Below the pieces are notes generated by a model. It saw only the letters and a list, made by a program, of their open reading frames with translations. It was not told the origin of the DNA and searched no databases. 18,242 bases of DNA from Planctomycetota bacterium (GTDB lineage Bacteria > Planctomycetota > GCA-002687715 > DRQF01). Both the position numbers and the translations under genes were made by a program. Positions 15,494 to 18,242 of the stretch are shown piece by piece. The first letter of the stretch is position 1, and every line of letters starts with the position of its first letter. The stretch covers positions 1-18,242 of the forward strand of contig JALTLO010000049.1 in the NCBI GenBank assembly GCA_027001995.1. Reading direction: 5' to 3'.

Positions 15494-18184
15494 GTGAAAA
15501 CGTCTAGAAGACCAGAAGAACCGCAGAGCTTAAGACCCTTTCATCAGGGCTTGATCGGCATGAATGCAGCCTTCCTATCGGCCTGTGTCCTACTCGTGAT
15601 CGACTTCTTGCTTGGCTCAAGACTAGGCCTCCCGCAAGACACAATCACGACATGGGCAGCCATGCAGGTAGCTCTCCTGCCAATTCTGACCTTGGGTTTC
15701 CTCTTTGGAATCTTGCCGCAAGAAATACGTTTCATTTTCTTGAGCGGAATCATGTACACCCTCGGGCATCAGCTAGCCCAAGGACCACGGGCACAAGTTA
15801 TGCCTCTCAGTAAATACTGGAGCGTCATCTTGGCCGCAGGAATTTTTTCTGTTGCCCTAACCACCCACAGACTGATCCGCAGGAAACCCGAAATAGAACG
15901 CCAAGTCTTCCGACTCTTGATGCTCTCAGCACTTATGGTGTTCGTCATTGCTACCTTTGTTCAGCGGGGCCGTTATCAGGAAGTCAGGGACCTGGCGAAC
16001 ATCTTCGCCCTTGCTCTTCTGTGGTTGCCGTCATGGGCATGGGCAAAGAGATTGGGGGAAAAAGCTTGGATCGTAGGGATTATCGGCCTCGCTCTTGGCG
16101 GGCAAGGATTCTGGTTATCCATCAACAACAACAAATGCGCCAACTGGACCATCGAACAAACCAGCTTGGCAAGAACCTACGTCATCCAAGCTCGCAATCA
16201 TTTTGCAACAGAGCTTGCGGGGATCAGTTCTAAATCGATCTACGTTCACCAACCGATCTTGGGGTCACCATTGGGAGACCAAATAGCCCATGAGATCGCC
16301 ATTTCCCTCGGTGCCAAGAGGGGCTTTCTTTTCATCACTGTGGATGCCATGCGCGCGGACTTGGTCAATCGTCAAGTTGGTGGTCGGCAGGTCCTCCCTT
16401 TCATCGACAGCCTCAGAGAAGAAAGTGCGGATTTCAGGCGCGCTTATGCACCAGCGCCCATGACTCATTTTTCAGTTTTCTCCTTTCTCAGTGGTTGGTA
16501 TCCGTCCCAAGTCATCGGCAGCCAGGGAGGATTCTCCCGAGCAAGGTTGATCACTCAAACTCTGGGAGACAACGGCATTGAAACCAGAGGGTGCTACCCC
16601 AAAGGTATGCTCATTGCTGGTGGCGAAAAGTTCTCTCGATTCGACCTAGGCTTCAAGACATCTTCCTTACACCCTTGGGACGACCTGAGTATCCAGGCGA
16701 CCTTTGAACAATTGCGGCCACAAAACGAGGGCCCTTGGTTCGCTTACCTCCACATCATGCTTCCTCATCATCCCTACAACAAAGCACTCCCAGAGTTTCG
16801 AGCCGGCAACTCCGAATTCGAAAACTACGCGGCAGAAGTCAGGCAGGCCGACGACTTCATCAAAAAGCTGTTTGAAAAGTTTCGAGCGGCTGGTTTCGCC
16901 GACACCATGTGGATGGCTGTTGCTGCGGACCACGGAGAAGAATTCGGTGAGCACGGTTCTTATCGTCATTCAACTCAAGTATTCGAAGAGTCTGTCCACG
17001 TTCCCTTGGTCATCACAGGCAAAGGGGTTGTTGCGAAGCGCCACGACCAAGTCGTCAGTCTCGTAGACCTGGCCCCAACGCTGCACCATTTTTTTCAACT
17101 TCCTGTTGGCAAGAGTACAGTTTACGCTGGACGCAGTTGGCTTCCGTTAGCACTAGGTAAACCTGATGAGGGTCGCTCAGCAAGAGTTTTGGTCGAGAAC
17201 CCACCGCGGCATCTTTCCAGATTCAATAGCCGCTCAGCCTTGGTCGGTCCAAAGAAGAAACTGATCGCTGATGAACGCTCCCGGAGGCTCCTTCTCTTCG
17301 ACTTGAGTCGTGACCCCAAAGAAAAGGAAGAAGTATCATCACAGCATCCAGACCTCACACAAGAGCTTTGGCAAGAGCTTCTGGCAAAACGCCAATTCGG
17401 CGGAGGCAACAACGATGTCTTCGAATCGATGACGTCCTTCCGCAGCTTTATCGAAGAGGCAGCACAATCCGGTCCCCCTGGAGTCTACAAATGTCTGGAG
17501 TGGATGAAGGGGTTAGCGAAACAAGATGAATTGGAATTGCTCTCCTATTTCGCTGAGTACGAAGATCCCATCGTCCCGAAGAAAATCGCATTGCGCTATA
17601 AGGAAACGCATGATGCGGAGCTCCAGCTCATGGCGAATCTCATCCAGATCTCTGCCACGAGGCCAAATGAAGAACAGTGGCTTTCTCTAGCTCAACATTT
17701 CGACAAAACAGGATTCCCAGGCATCGACGAAGCTATTTTGAGCGTCGCTGCCAAATGGCGTCTCAAGATCCCCCAGGCTGACCAAAGAGAACTTCCTTCA
17801 GCCGCCCTCCATGCCCAACTCAATTGGGCCCGCTACAAGTGGCTCATGAAGGGAAAGATCGCGACTCCTGAACTCATTCATTCAGGGCTCGTTTCAACCT
17901 CAACCTGGGACCAACTCCTTGCCCTTCGCAGCGCAGCAGGCTCCTCCCTGATCACTCTTAGAAAAGATCTCATGAGAATCTACAAGACAACAGAGCTGGG
18001 AGTTTTGCGTTTGGAAGCGTTACGCCGTTTGAGCGAACAAGCTGACGCGACTCTTTGTGACTTTTTCCTTGATGTGGCCCAAATCGCCCCTCCAGAAGAA
18101 GCGGCAATCGCAGCGGCGACAGCAGCAGCAGCATACCCCACTCATTCCCTACCTATACGTACACCTGTGGACACACACACATAA
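15494..18184 (+). CDS. Membrane-anchored sulfatase-like hydrolase/transferase (alkaline phosphatase superfamily) with a helical, HEAT-like C-terminus; extreme 3' end doubtful
   Basis: About 7 N-terminal hydrophobic segments, then FITVDAMRADL, FRRAYAPAPMTHFSVFSFLSGWYP, YLHIMLPHHPY, YAAEVRQADD, AADHGEEFGEHG, FEESVHVPLVI, VSLVDLAPTL, YAGRSW and LFDLSRDPKEK. The start is uncertain (GTG 15494 or ATG 15560). The stop falls in low-complexity sequence. Confidence 0.85.
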   Translation: MKTSRRPEEPQSLRPFHQGLIGMNAAFLSACVLLVIDFLLGSRLGLPQDTITTWAAMQVALLPILTLGFLFGILPQEIRFIFLSGIMYTLGHQLAQGPRAQVMPLSKYWSVILAAGIFSVALTTHRLIRRKPEIERQVFRLLMLSALMVFVIATFVQRGRYQEVRDLANIFALALLWLPSWAWAKRLGEKAWIVGIIGLALGGQGFWLSINNNKCANWTIEQTSLARTYVIQARNHFATELAGISSKSIYVHQPILGSPLGDQIAHEIAISLGAKRGFLFITVDAMRADLVNRQVGGRQVLPFIDSLREESADFRRAYAPAPMTHFSVFSFLSGWYPSQVIGSQGGFSRARLITQTLGDNGIETRGCYPKGMLIAGGEKFSRFDLGFKTSSLHPWDDLSIQATFEQLRPQNEGPWFAYLHIMLPHHPYNKALPEFRAGNSEFENYAAEVRQADDFIKKLFEKFRAAGFADTMWMAVAADHGEEFGEHGSYRHSTQVFEESVHVPLVITGKGVVAKRHDQVVSLVDLAPTLHHFFQLPVGKSTVYAGRSWLPLALGKPDEGRSARVLVENPPRHLSRFNSRSALVGPKKKLIADERSRRLLLFDLSRDPKEKEEVSSQHPDLTQELWQELLAKRQFGGGNNDVFESMTSFRSFIEEAAQSGPPGVYKCLEWMKGLAKQDELELLSYFAEYEDPIVPKKIALRYKETHDAELQLMANLIQISATRPNEEQWLSLAQHFDKTGFPGIDEAILSVAAKWRLKIPQADQRELPSAALHAQLNWARYKWLMKGKIATPELIHSGLVSTSTWDQLLALRSAAGSSLITLRKDLMRIYKTTELGVLRLEALRRLSEQADATLCDFFLDVAQIAPPEEAAIAAATAAAAYPTHSLPIRTPVDTHT

Positions 18185-18242
18185 ATATATATGCACGCAC
18201 ACGCACGCACCTATGCAGCAACGGGCGCACACACATACAGAC
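18121..18242. repeat. Low-complexity microsatellite-like tail: (GCA)n, (AC)n, (AT)n, GCAC repeats
   Basis: agcagcagcagca followed by acacacacac, ataaatatatat, gcacgcacacgcacgcac and gcacacacatacagac, unlike the rest of the window. Confidence 0.8.

Noticed and set aside
1..18242. CRISPR arrays, tRNA/rRNA, transposases, integrases or defence genes
   Set aside because: No regularly spaced repeats, RNA gene signatures or such protein motifs were recognised.

Overview
Gene-dense bacterial window, roughly half GC by eye. Several protein motifs suggest an uncultured Planctomycetota-type organism (inference). From about 1.2 to 12.9 kb it is a glycoconjugate synthesis and sulfation locus: two GT-C-type polytopic membrane proteins (one TMTC-like with TPRs), a DUF2304/GacJ-like small membrane protein, three GT2 glycosyltransferases, a PAPS-dependent sulfotransferase and cysD plus fused cysNC, with no PAPS or sulfite reductase in view. 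To the left is a partial secreted protein missing from the ORF track (1-845, minus strand) with a PKD-like domain and a probable cytochrome c start. To the right are a CMD-family gene, a hemerythrin-like gene behind a near-consensus sigma54 promoter, an NtrC-like regulator lacking its AAA+ domain, and a membrane-anchored sulfatase-like protein with Thr at the nucleophile position. The last ~110 nt look like foreign low-complexity sequence, probably an assembly chimera. No rRNA, tRNA, CRISPR or mobile element was recognised. All family calls come from motif recognition by eye, not database searches.
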